A stretch of 64,000 nucleotides of DNA, from contig JAAYOB010000015.1 of the NCBI GenBank assembly GCA_012520575.1, forward strand, positions 40,705 to 104,704, in the 5' to 3' direction. Source of the DNA: Candidatus Stramentimicrobium fermentans (GTDB lineage: Bacteria; Atribacterota; Phoenicimicrobiia; Phoenicimicrobiales; Stramentimicrobiaceae). Position 1 is the stretch's first letter, and every line of letters begins with the position of its first letter. The notes below the pieces were generated by a model. That model saw only the letters and a list, made by a program, of their open reading frames with translations, made no database searches and was not told the origin of the DNA. A program made the position numbers and the translations under genes. Shown here piece after piece: positions 40,441-49,252 of this stretch.

Positions 40441-41097
40441 ATGAAAAAAAAGAAAAACTACTTAGTAATTCTTATTATCCTCTTAATTTCTTTGCTGATG
40501 AGCGGATGCGCAGTCCCCTTCTTTTCAGGAAACGAACCGGTATACATAATTTCCAAACCGGTCAAAATTGCAGTTGTTGGAAATCCTTATAGTTATCAGG
40601 TTGTAGTAGAAGATGATGGAAAAACGGAATTGACCTTCAGTCTCACTGTTGCTCCGGAAGGAATGGAAATTAACAGAGGAACCGGATTAATAAATTGGAC
40701 ACCGACTGCCGAACAGATGGGAGAACATGAGGTAGGTATAGTAGTGAGAGATGGCTGGTACATGGATACACAGAATTATTCTCTTACGGTAAGCACAAAA
40801 CAGTTGAGTTCAATTACTGTAATTCCTTCCAGCATGTCTTTTACTAAAGCTGGTGATACAAAAACAATAACATCTATTACTGCTAAATATAATGATGGTT
40901 CCAGTAAGACAGTCGATAAAGCCGCTTGCACTTTCGTATCTAACAATCCCAGTATTGCCACAGTCGATACAGCAGGTAAGGTAACGTCTAAAGCAAAAGG
41001 GAATACCACCATTACCGTCAGCTATACCGATAATGGTATAACTGAGAGTGCCAAAATTGCTATTACTGTTACTATTGCACCCACCGGCGGTGGCTGA
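40441..41097 (+). CDS. Lipoprotein with a C-terminal bacterial Ig-like (Big_2) domain
   Basis: Signal peptide plus lipobox LLMSGCA. SITVIPSSMSF...ATVDTAGKVTSKAKGNTTITVSYT. Confidence 0.6.
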   Translation: MKKKKNYLVILIILLISLLMSGCAVPFFSGNEPVYIISKPVKIAVVGNPYSYQVVVEDDGKTELTFSLTVAPEGMEINRGTGLINWTPTAEQMGEHEVGIVVRDGWYMDTQNYSLTVSTKQLSSITVIPSSMSFTKAGDTKTITSITAKYNDGSSKTVDKAACTFVSNNPSIATVDTAGKVTSKAKGNTTITVSYTDNGITESAKIAITVTIAPTGGG

Positions 41098-41153
41098 CGT
41101 AGGTAATAAACCTGATAGTTTATCAGGTATGAAAAACTATATTATAACAGGGT

Positions 41154-41249
41154 GGGAGTGGATAGGTTCTGGTGGACCTTGCGGACTTCAAATCCGTGGG
41201 CGGTAATTTATCATTACCGCGGTGGGTTCGATTCCCACCCCTCTCGCCA
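41154..41249 (+). tRNA. selC: tRNA-Sec (selenocysteine tRNA, anticodon UCA)
   Basis: GGGAGTGG-AT-AGGTTC/TGGT/GGACCT (6-bp D stem with 4-nt loop). Anticodon arm GCGGA-CTTCAAA-TCCGT identical to E. coli selC GGACTTCAAATCC. Long variable arm GCGGTAAT-TTATC-ATTACCGC. T arm GTGGG-TTCGATT-CCCAC. 3' G-CCA. The acceptor stem pairs imperfectly in my hand fold. An intrinsic terminator follows. Confidence 0.8.
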
Positions 41250-41263
41250 TTTTAAACTGAAAA

Positions 41264-41316
41264 TACCCATTCTGGACCGGAAAAGTTTTCCGGTCTGGAA
41301 TGGGTTTTGTTTATTA
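41264..41316 (+). terminator. Rho-independent terminator after selC
   Basis: CCCATTCTGGACCGG...CCGGTCTGGAATGGG, a 15-bp stem with two G-U pairs, followed by TTTTGTTTATT. Confidence 0.65.
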
Positions 41317-41434
41317 TTAAGGCTCTATATGGTAGAATATATCATTATTGAAAGATTTATCGGAAGAAATGCGCCTGGAGTTTTTACTAAATCTATTAAC
41401 AAATATTTTTAAAAGAGGAGAATAAATCTCTATT

Positions 41435-42865
41435 TTGGAAAAGAATCGTAAAGATAACCGTACAAACAATATGCATATTCAATTAGCTCAGCTTCCCAGT
41501 GTGGAGGAAGTTTTACAACAAGAAGAGCTGCGCTTATTAAGCGGCCGTTACTCTCGAAGAATGATTACCCCTCTGGTCAGAGAAGTGTTGGCGGAAGAGA
41601 GAAAAAGAATCAGAGCCGGCGCTCTGCCCCCAACAATTTTCGATATCATAAAGAGCTGCACTACTTTAATCGAACAAGAATATCAATCCCTGATTAAGCC
41701 TGTTATTAACGGAACAGGGGTAGTTTTGCATACCAATTTAGGCAGAGCAGCCTTAGGACAGACCTTGTTTGACGATGCACTGCCTGCTTTAACCGGCTTT
41801 AATAATTTAGAATATAATCTTTGGGATGGGCAACGGGGTAAAAGGGGAGAATTTGTAGAGAAGATGCTGTCAGTTTTTAGCGGGGCGGAAAATGCCCTTA
41901 TCCTTAACAATAATGCTGCTGCTGTTTTTCTTATCTTAAAGGTATTGGCTAAAGATAAAGAGGTCATTATCTCCAGAGGCGAGCTGGTACAAATAGGCGG
42001 CGGATTCCGCATTCCGGATATTTTACGGGAAAGCGGAGCTATACTCCGGGAAGTAGGGACTACCAACCAGACTACTATAACTGATTATCATGATGCCATT
42101 ACTGAAAATACAGGTTTAATCCTGAAAGTCCATCAGAGTAATTTTGCTTTGGAAGGTTTTACCCGGTCGGTTGATATTAAAGAATTAAAAATATTGGGGA
42201 AAAAATATAAATTACCAGTAGTGGCAGACCTGGGCAGCGGTGCTTTTCTGCAGACTGAGCAGTTTGCTTTAGCCCATGAACCCATGGTGCAGGAAATGGT
42301 ACGGAGTGATGCCGATTTAGTCTGCTTCAGTACCGATAAATTATTAGGCGGTCCCCAGGGCGGAATTATTTGCGGGAAATCAGAGTATATTAACCGAATC
42401 AGAAAAGACCCTCTCTATCGTACCTTTCGGGTAGGTAAACTTACCCTATGCCTGCTGCAATCCACCATATTATACTATTTACAGGAAAGAGCTATAGAAG
42501 ATTTACCGCTCTGGAGAATGATCTCTGTTCCTGCCGAAGATATTAAAAAAAGATGTATGCGTTTAGCTCGCAGCTTAAAAAAGAGAGGGATTCCTGCCTA
42601 TATCAGTGAGGGAGTATCTCTTATCGGCGGCGGTTCCTTACCGGGGAAGACCTTGCCTACCTATCTCTTAGGTCTTAAAATAGAGAAAGATGTAGCAGAA
42701 TTAGATAAAAGATTAAGATTATCCGATCCTGCCGTTTTAGGGAGAGTAAAGGATGGACATTTATTCTTTGACCCCAGAACAATCGAACCCCATTATGACA
42801 AAAAATTAGTGGAACTCATTCAATCTGCCTTTTATCAGAAATATAATGAAGAAGAGGTCAGATAA
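41435..42865 (+). CDS. selA: L-seryl-tRNA(Sec) selenium transferase
   Basis: GTGVVLHTNLGRA, HQSNFALEGF and the PLP-lysine region FSTDKLLGGPQGGIICGK. The track start is TTG at 41435. The in-frame ATG at 41471 (MHIQLAQLPSVEEVL) is an alternative start. Confidence 0.85.
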   Translation: MEKNRKDNRTNNMHIQLAQLPSVEEVLQQEELRLLSGRYSRRMITPLVREVLAEERKRIRAGALPPTIFDIIKSCTTLIEQEYQSLIKPVINGTGVVLHTNLGRAALGQTLFDDALPALTGFNNLEYNLWDGQRGKRGEFVEKMLSVFSGAENALILNNNAAAVFLILKVLAKDKEVIISRGELVQIGGGFRIPDILRESGAILREVGTTNQTTITDYHDAITENTGLILKVHQSNFALEGFTRSVDIKELKILGKKYKLPVVADLGSGAFLQTEQFALAHEPMVQEMVRSDADLVCFSTDKLLGGPQGGIICGKSEYINRIRKDPLYRTFRVGKLTLCLLQSTILYYLQERAIEDLPLWRMISVPAEDIKKRCMRLARSLKKRGIPAYISEGVSLIGGGSLPGKTLPTYLLGLKIEKDVAELDKRLRLSDPAVLGRVKDGHLFFDPRTIEPHYDKKLVELIQSAFYQKYNEEEVR

Positions 42866-42871
42866 TTTGCT

Positions 42872-44740
42872 ATGGTTATTTTTGGTACTGCCGGACATAT
42901 CGACCATGGAAAGACCAGCGTCATTCAGGGACTAACCGGTATCGATGCCGATCGCCTGCCGGAGGAAAAATCGAGAGGCTTGACTATTGACCTCGGATTT
43001 GCCTGGCTGGAAACCACCCGGGGCGAAAAAATAGGAATAATCGATGTGCCGGGCCACGAAAATTATATTCGCAATATGATTACCGGTATAACCACTGTAG
43101 ATGCCTTTCTGTTAGTCGTTGATGGCAAAGAAGGATGGATGCCTCAAACGGAAGAGCATTTTCAGATTATCAGATTATTAGATATCAATTATGGCTTGGT
43201 AATTATTACCAAAACAGATTTAGCCTCACCGGAGCGTATAGCAGAAACGGAACAGCAAATAAAAGATAAGATTACCGGTATAAATAAGTTTAATATTCCT
43301 ATTCTTAAGTTCAGTATTAATGATAAAGATAGTATAGATCTGTTAAGGCATGAGGTAGAGAGTGTCAGCAGTCTCATTCCCCTTAAAAAAGACCTTAACA
43401 AACCCCGTCTTTTTGTGGACCGGGTTTTTGAGATAAAGGGGAGCGGTACCGTAGTTACCGGAACATTACTTGATGGGAATTTGTATCAGAATCAATCAGC
43501 AACACTTTTTCCATCAAAAAAAACGATTCGCATCAGACAGATACAAAGCTATAATGATTCGGTAGAAAAAGCGATTTTAGGCAGCCGGGTAGCGCTAAAT
43601 CTTTCCGGTATCAAAAAAGAAGAAGTTCGGAGAGGGGATTTGATTTCCGGTCTCAAAGCACTTCCTTCGGGGAATTTTCTGGATGTCTCTTTCGCCCTTC
43701 TCTCCCGGGAGAATCCTTTTCGTCTGAAAAATGGTACTGAAGTCGAATTTATTTCACATACTAAAATTTTGAGAGGGACTATTATCTTCTCACAAAAAGA
43801 AATGTTGTCCGGGGAAAAATCTTATGTCCAGCTGCGCTTTAAAGAACCGCTCTGGCTCATAATAGGTGATCACTTTATTATCAGACTGCCAGGCTCCAAT
43901 GAGACCATAGGTGGCGGAAGAGTGCTCGCTCTGCAGGAGGATAAGCATAGTTTTCATAATCCTTATTGGGAAAAATGGCTGGAAAGCAGGTCTAAACTGG
44001 ACATTAACTCACTTATCCTCAGTGAATTAGAGAAATATAAGACTATCAAAAAAGGCCTCTTGTTATTGAACAGCCCTTTTTCTCAAGTAGAAATCTATCA
44101 GCATTTGGATAATTTAAACGAGAATAGCAGCCTGTTCTTAATTGATGACCGGGTGGTGAATAATCAATTCTGGAATGAATTAATCAGCCGAGTCTTAGCT
44201 AATTTAAAACAGAAGCACAGTGATTATCCTCTAAAAAAGGGATTTCCTTCAATACAGCTGAAAAATGAATTGCCCGGTTTGTCAGAAGAACTGTTTGATA
44301 ATTTATTAAAATATTTGGTGGAAGAAAATAGTATAGCAGTGAAGGATGGAATGGTTTCTTTGTTCGAACATACTATTGAACTGACGGAATCAGAAGAGAA
44401 AGTGAGAGAGGAAATTTTGCAATATCTCAATGAGAACATCAACAGCCTGCCCACCGAGAAGGAGTTGCAAAATGTTTTTTCCAAAAATATAGAGATGATT
44501 AACTACTTAAAAGAGATGGGAGAAGTTATAAAATTAGCAGATGATATCTGTCTGACACCGGCAATATATGAAAATATGAAAGATGAAATCGTAGCTTTTT
44601 TAAAAAAGAATAAATCTATCACTATTGGCCAGGTCCGTGATTTGCTGCATATCAGTCGAAAATATATTGTACCGCTCTTGACCAGAATGGACGAAGAGGG
44701 TATAACCAAAAGAATTGGCAATGAGAGAACATTATGCTAA
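42872..44740 (+). CDS. selB: Selenocysteine-specific elongation factor
   Basis: GTP-binding motifs GTAGHIDHGKT and DVPGHENY. 622 aa with C-terminal winged-helix region. Confidence 0.85.
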   Translation: MVIFGTAGHIDHGKTSVIQGLTGIDADRLPEEKSRGLTIDLGFAWLETTRGEKIGIIDVPGHENYIRNMITGITTVDAFLLVVDGKEGWMPQTEEHFQIIRLLDINYGLVIITKTDLASPERIAETEQQIKDKITGINKFNIPILKFSINDKDSIDLLRHEVESVSSLIPLKKDLNKPRLFVDRVFEIKGSGTVVTGTLLDGNLYQNQSATLFPSKKTIRIRQIQSYNDSVEKAILGSRVALNLSGIKKEEVRRGDLISGLKALPSGNFLDVSFALLSRENPFRLKNGTEVEFISHTKILRGTIIFSQKEMLSGEKSYVQLRFKEPLWLIIGDHFIIRLPGSNETIGGGRVLALQEDKHSFHNPYWEKWLESRSKLDINSLILSELEKYKTIKKGLLLLNSPFSQVEIYQHLDNLNENSSLFLIDDRVVNNQFWNELISRVLANLKQKHSDYPLKKGFPSIQLKNELPGLSEELFDNLLKYLVEENSIAVKDGMVSLFEHTIELTESEEKVREEILQYLNENINSLPTEKELQNVFSKNIEMINYLKEMGEVIKLADDICLTPAIYENMKDEIVAFLKKNKSITIGQVRDLLHISRKYIVPLLTRMDEEGITKRIGNERTLC

Positions 44741-44776
44741 GAAGAATGGATTATAGAAATAGAGGGGGTGAGATGG

Positions 44777-45829
44777 ATGTCCGATAAGAAAGACAATAAG
44801 AAGAGATTAATGCAGCTCGTTACAGCGGCAGGGTGAGCGGCTAAATGGAGCTATCAGGACCTCGGTGAGGTTCTTAAAAAGATGAATCAAATTTCAGACC
44901 ATAATTTATTAAGCAGTTTTGAAAACAATGAAGATGCAGCGGTATACCGTATCAATAGCGATACGGCCATTATCTTTACTACCGACTTTATCACTCCTGT
45001 CGTGAACGATCCATTTACCTTTGGCCAGATTGCTGCTGCCAATGCTTTAAGTGACGTTTTCGCCATGGGCGGCAGGCCCTTAATGGCTTTAAATATCGTC
45101 TGCTTTCCTGAAAATAGATTAGAAGAGTTAGAAAAAATTGTTAGCGGTGGGCTGCAAAAGGTAAAAGAAGCCGGAGCAATATTGGTGGGGGGACATAGCC
45201 TGAAAGATTCTGAGCCCAAATACGGTCTAGCAGTCGTGGGGCTAGTGCATCCGGATAAAGTAATCTGCAATAATAATTGTCAGGAGGGAGATAGAATAAT
45301 ATTAACAAAGCCACTGGGAACCGGTATTATCTCCACCGCTTTAAAGAGTGAATATTTATCCGAAAATGAAGCTCAGGAAGCAATAGGCTGGATGTCAAAA
45401 CTCAATGCTGTTTCCGATGATATTTTAAATTTGGCTATAAACAGTATGACCGATATTACCGGATATGGTTTTCTGGGACACCTCAGTGAAATGGTCCAGG
45501 GCAGTGATGTCGGTGCAGATATTGAGGTTGATAAAATTCCCTTGTTAGCAAATACTGTTGGGCTTGCTCAGGAAGGAGTTATACCAGGGGGAAGTTTCGC
45601 TAATCAGGAAATATTCTCCTGCGGGGTGGAAAAGAAAATTGAGCTGGAACCGGCCAAAGAGATAACACTTTACGATGCTCAAACCTCAGGCGGATTACTC
45701 ATCTCCATTGCCCAAAGAGATGTCGAGCAGGCACTGGACTTGTTGCACAAGGAAGGATTCACTGAAAGCAGTGTGATTGGCAAGATTAGAAAGATAAATA
45801 TAAATGAGAGAAGAATAAGCCTGATATAG
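44777..45829 (+). CDS. selD: Selenide, water dikinase (selenophosphate synthetase) with in-frame UGA (Sec) at 44834-44836. The track shows only the part after the TGA (44882-45829).
   Basis: The upstream in-frame read is MSDKKDNKKRLMQLVTAAG-TGA-AAKWSYQDLGEVLKKMNQ..., aligning with E. coli [24 protein letters not shown] (Sec at Cys17, Lys20 conserved). RBS GAGGGGG lies 8 nt before the ATG at 44777. The downstream hairpin AGGACCUC-GGU-GAGGUUCU at +20 to +38 is a SECIS candidate. Confidence 0.8.
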
Positions 45830-45906
45830 CTTATTCTAATTATACCGAAAAATTTCTTAGAACCATTGTTCTTACTAAATTTAATTCAAAAGGGGTTATA
45901 ATAGTA

Positions 45907-46962
45907 ATGATAAGAAACAGGTTTGTGATAATAGTATCGATAATTCTGATTATCCTTTTAGGGATAGGATTTCTAATAAGCAGAATAACCAACAAACTCA
46001 CCGGTCCGCCGGTACTAGCTGTCTCGGAAGAAGTGGGTGATTTGGGAATAATACAAGCAGACCAGCCGCAAGCCCATATCTTTACCCTTAAGAATGAGGG
46101 AGGAGAAACCCTGATTATTGAAAGAGTGCAGACATCATGTGGTTGTACCGCTACCGTATTGTCGGATAAGAAACTGCAGCCCGGTGAAACTACTGAATTA
46201 GAGGTGAGTTTCAATCCTAAAGGTTATCAGGGGGACATTTCTCATTCTGTTTATATCTACAGTAATGACCCGGAGAATCACAGGAGGAAGCTTGTTATCA
46301 AAGGCACTGTAGAGGTCATACCTGCCCCTAAGATTCATTTATCAACAAATCAATGGGATTTTGGCTTACTTTCATCCGGCGATACCTCCTCATTTTCGGT
46401 ACTAATAACCAATGAAGGGCAATTAGACTTAGACATTGAAGATATAGCTTTACCCGAACAAGTTTTCTACCAGCAGGACGAATTAGAACTTCCGGTATCA
46501 TTAGCCCCGGAAGAGGAATTAGAAGTAAAATTTGTCTATGATACCGAAAGACAAGCCCTAGGAGTGGTAAGAGAATATATCCGCCTAACTAACAATGATC
46601 CTGACCACAAGAATATTACCATAAGAATAGAAGGGTACATAAAGGAAAGAGAGGAAACGATTACCATTCGTCCTCTGCAAGGGTTTACAATTACCGGGGA
46701 AAAAGATTATCAGATTTCTGATGCAAAATTCTTAATCAGTAATAATAGCCATAATACACTTAAGGGAATTATTGCAGGCTCCTCTCAGGATTATATTACA
46801 CCACTTATTAAAGAGCTCAATCTATCCCCCGGTGAAGAGAAAGAGATTACGCTTAGAATTGAACAGCAAAATTTGGCGAAACTTGATTTAAATGAAATCA
46901 TCCGGGAATATATTTATTTCAGAGTTCCAATACCGTTAGAGATAGGTTTTGATCTTCCCTAA
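45907..46962 (+). CDS. Membrane-anchored DUF1573-like beta-sandwich repeat protein
   Basis: N-terminal TM helix, then the TSCGCTA motif typical of DUF1573. Confidence 0.45.
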   Translation: MIRNRFVIIVSIILIILLGIGFLISRITNKLTGPPVLAVSEEVGDLGIIQADQPQAHIFTLKNEGGETLIIERVQTSCGCTATVLSDKKLQPGETTELEVSFNPKGYQGDISHSVYIYSNDPENHRRKLVIKGTVEVIPAPKIHLSTNQWDFGLLSSGDTSSFSVLITNEGQLDLDIEDIALPEQVFYQQDELELPVSLAPEEELEVKFVYDTERQALGVVREYIRLTNNDPDHKNITIRIEGYIKEREETITIRPLQGFTITGEKDYQISDAKFLISNNSHNTLKGIIAGSSQDYITPLIKELNLSPGEEKEITLRIEQQNLAKLDLNEIIREYIYFRVPIPLEIGFDLP

Positions 46963-47055
46963 AATATTTCTCTAAGCATAATTAAAAAGTTTACGAAGAT
47001 TTATTTTAAATAACATAATTTACGTTTTTTATTTCAGAAGAAAGGAGGTTAAAAT

Positions 47056-47244
47056 ATGCCAATTTTACAGGTGGAGATGTTGAAAGGAAGAACAGTGGAA
47101 CAGAAAAGGGCGATGGTAAATAAGGTAACTGAAGCCATTTCAGAAACCCTTAATTGTCCCAAAGATGCAGTAAGAATAATTATCAGAGAAATGGACACAG
47201 AAGATTTTGCTCATGCCGGGGAATTATACATAGACAAGAAATAG
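47056..47244 (+). CDS. 4-oxalocrotonate tautomerase family protein
   Basis: 62 aa starting MPI (catalytic Pro1). Tautomerase fold length. Confidence 0.7.
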   Translation: MPILQVEMLKGRTVEQKRAMVNKVTEAISETLNCPKDAVRIIIREMDTEDFAHAGELYIDKK

Positions 47245-47375
47245 TATGTTTTCGCTGATCAACTAATTGTTACGATAGCTATTTGCAGTCTAAATATTTT
47301 TCGTAAGGTAATAAAAGGAGAAAAATCAGCATAAATTTTTTTAAGGACTTTTTATCAATACTTAATAATAGAGTA

Positions 47376-47801
47376 TTGCTTATTGCTTTTTTGGCCTGGA
47401 CAGTCAATCAGGGGATTAAATTGATTCTATTTTATATGGCAGACAATAAATGGGACTGGGGCAGGATATTCGGAGCCGGAGGAATGCCCAGTACCCATTC
47501 AGCCCTTTCGGTCAGCGTTGCGGTTTCAATTGGGTTTTTAGAGGGCTGGGATACGTCTTTATTTGCTCTGGCCGGAGTATTTGCTGTGGTAGTTATGGCT
47601 GATGCAGCAGGTGTGAGAAGGGCTACCGGAGAGCAGGCCAAGATATTAAATAAGTTAATATCACTTTTTTCTAAAGATGCCAGATTTAAGAGTGAGCGTA
47701 TGGAAGAGTTAATTGGCCATACCCTATTTGAAGTAATAATGGGCGCTATAATCGGTTTTTTAACGGCAACAATACTTTCTATACTTTTCTTGGCAATATA
47801 G
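47376..47801 (+). CDS. Divergent PAP2 (acid phosphatase/vanadium haloperoxidase-related, YuiD-like) membrane protein
   Basis: GAGGMPSTHSALSVSVAVSIGF motif. Start codon uncertain (TTG per track). Confidence 0.55.
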   Translation: MLIAFLAWTVNQGIKLILFYMADNKWDWGRIFGAGGMPSTHSALSVSVAVSIGFLEGWDTSLFALAGVFAVVVMADAAGVRRATGEQAKILNKLISLFSKDARFKSERMEELIGHTLFEVIMGAIIGFLTATILSILFLAI

Positions 47802-47872
47802 TTAACAGGTTTGCCTTTAACCCTGTAATAGATTTGACAGTCGGGTTAATTTTACGGAAGGGTAAGTTATCG

Positions 47873-48760
47873 ATGGATTATAGATTTAGTGATAGAGAGC
47901 TTGCTGAGCTTAAAAAAGCCCAGCAAGATGAGTTGGTGGGACAGCAGGTCTATGGAAAATTGGCAGAGTTAACTAAAGATCCGCATAATTCGAAAATTTT
48001 GGCAAAGATTGCCAATGATGAAAAAGAACACGCCAAAGTGTTTAGGAAATATACTCAAACAGATTTAAAGGTTGACAGGTTTAAGGTGTTCTTTTATGTT
48101 TTTGTTGCCCGGGCATTTGGTCTAACCTTCAGTATTAAATTACAAGAAAAGGGTGAAGCAGCGACACAAAAAAAATATAAACAGATGTTTAATGCTGTTC
48201 CGGAAATAAAAAAAATTATTGAAGATGAGGAAAAACATGAGGCAGAGCTGATAAATATGATCAATGAAGAAAAACTGTCATATATGAGCTCCATAGTATT
48301 GGGTTTGAATGATGCCCTAGTGGAGTTGACCGGGGCACTTGCCGGTTTCACCCTCTCTATTCGGAATTCTCGAATTATTGCCCTCCTGGGATTAATTACC
48401 GGTATTTCTGCCTCTCTTTCTATGGCAGCTAGCGAGTATTTGTCTAATAAGGCTGACCCTGATCCGGAAAACCGGGAAAAAGCAAAAAGGTCGGCCCTTT
48501 ATACCGGAACTGCTTATATTTTAACCGTAATAGCGCTGGTTACTCCTTATTTTTTGTATAAAAATTACTTATTTAGTTTTACCATGACCATTGCAGTAGC
48601 GCTGTTCATTATTTTTGTTTTTAACTATTATATTTCGGTAGTCAATGATTACGATTTTAAAAAAAGATTTTTAGAAATGGCTTCCATTAGTATAGGTGTA
48701 GCCGCGCTTTCTTCCCTGATAGGCTTTTTGGTAAAAACTTTTCTGGGTTTTGAATTATAG
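47873..48760 (+). CDS. Ferritin-like (rubrerythrin-type) domain fused to a VIT1/CCC1-family iron transporter
   Basis: The N-terminal ExxH-containing four-helix region has both ExxH pairs: DEKEHAKVF and EDEEKHEAEL. C-terminal VIT1-like TM helices. The likely start is MDYRF at 47873 (RBS GGAAGGG); the track ORF begins at 47834. Confidence 0.6.
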   Translation: MDYRFSDRELAELKKAQQDELVGQQVYGKLAELTKDPHNSKILAKIANDEKEHAKVFRKYTQTDLKVDRFKVFFYVFVARAFGLTFSIKLQEKGEAATQKKYKQMFNAVPEIKKIIEDEEKHEAELINMINEEKLSYMSSIVLGLNDALVELTGALAGFTLSIRNSRIIALLGLITGISASLSMAASEYLSNKADPDPENREKAKRSALYTGTAYILTVIALVTPYFLYKNYLFSFTMTIAVALFIIFVFNYYISVVNDYDFKKRFLEMASISIGVAALSSLIGFLVKTFLGFEL

Positions 48761-48870
48761 ATAGTCGATAAAGATTAAGATTCCTTAATCAGGTCTGCCC
48801 ATTAACTCAATCTTTACTTTTCCGGGTGCTTCAGCGGTAGTCCAAATTCTATTACTCTCTTTGAGATATC

Positions 48871-48985
48871 CTTTCTAGGCGTAAATTTTACTACCATTCA
48901 TTGATTGGCATCGGTACCATTAATGATAATCTCCGCCCTTTTTTAGAAAAACATTTACTAAAAGAACAATTTGAGATAAAATAAA
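48871..48985 (+). repeat. Copy A of a duplicated intergenic element of about 100 nt (47-nt perfectly conserved core at 48905-48951) upstream of the ALDH gene
   Basis: TTGGCATCGGTACCATTAATGATAATCTCCGCCCTTTTTTAGAAAAA is identical in both copies. Flanks are about 80% identical. A TTTACT-17-TAAAAT promoter-like motif follows. Confidence 0.6.
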
Positions 48986-49252
48986 AATAAGTCATCTACC
49001 GGTGAGGGGATTGTACGTGTCAAAACATGGTCAGGGTTCAAGATATCGGCTATAAGCTGTAAGAGATTGATAAAATGGGTTGACCGGGAGGCTTAGCCTT
49101 GGCTATCTGCTCTTTTATGTCACCATTTAATCTTTATTTAACTTTCAAAAAGGACCTGTCAAGTTCAATATCTTTTATTAAATTGGTAGTTTTTGAATGA
49201 TAACCACAATTTAAAATATAAATACAAGTTAATAAGAAAGGAAATAATTAGA

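Noticed and set aside
41152-41412. Track ORF of 86 aa on the plus strand
   Set aside because: It overlaps the tRNA-Sec gene and its terminator hairpin. The protein sequence is low complexity.
48905-48951. Resemblance of the duplicated core (TAATGATAAT..CCGCCC) to the reverse complement of the tRNA-Sec variable arm
   Set aside because: It is a short, AT-rich partial match (about 18 of 22 nt) without matching flanks. It is most likely coincidental.
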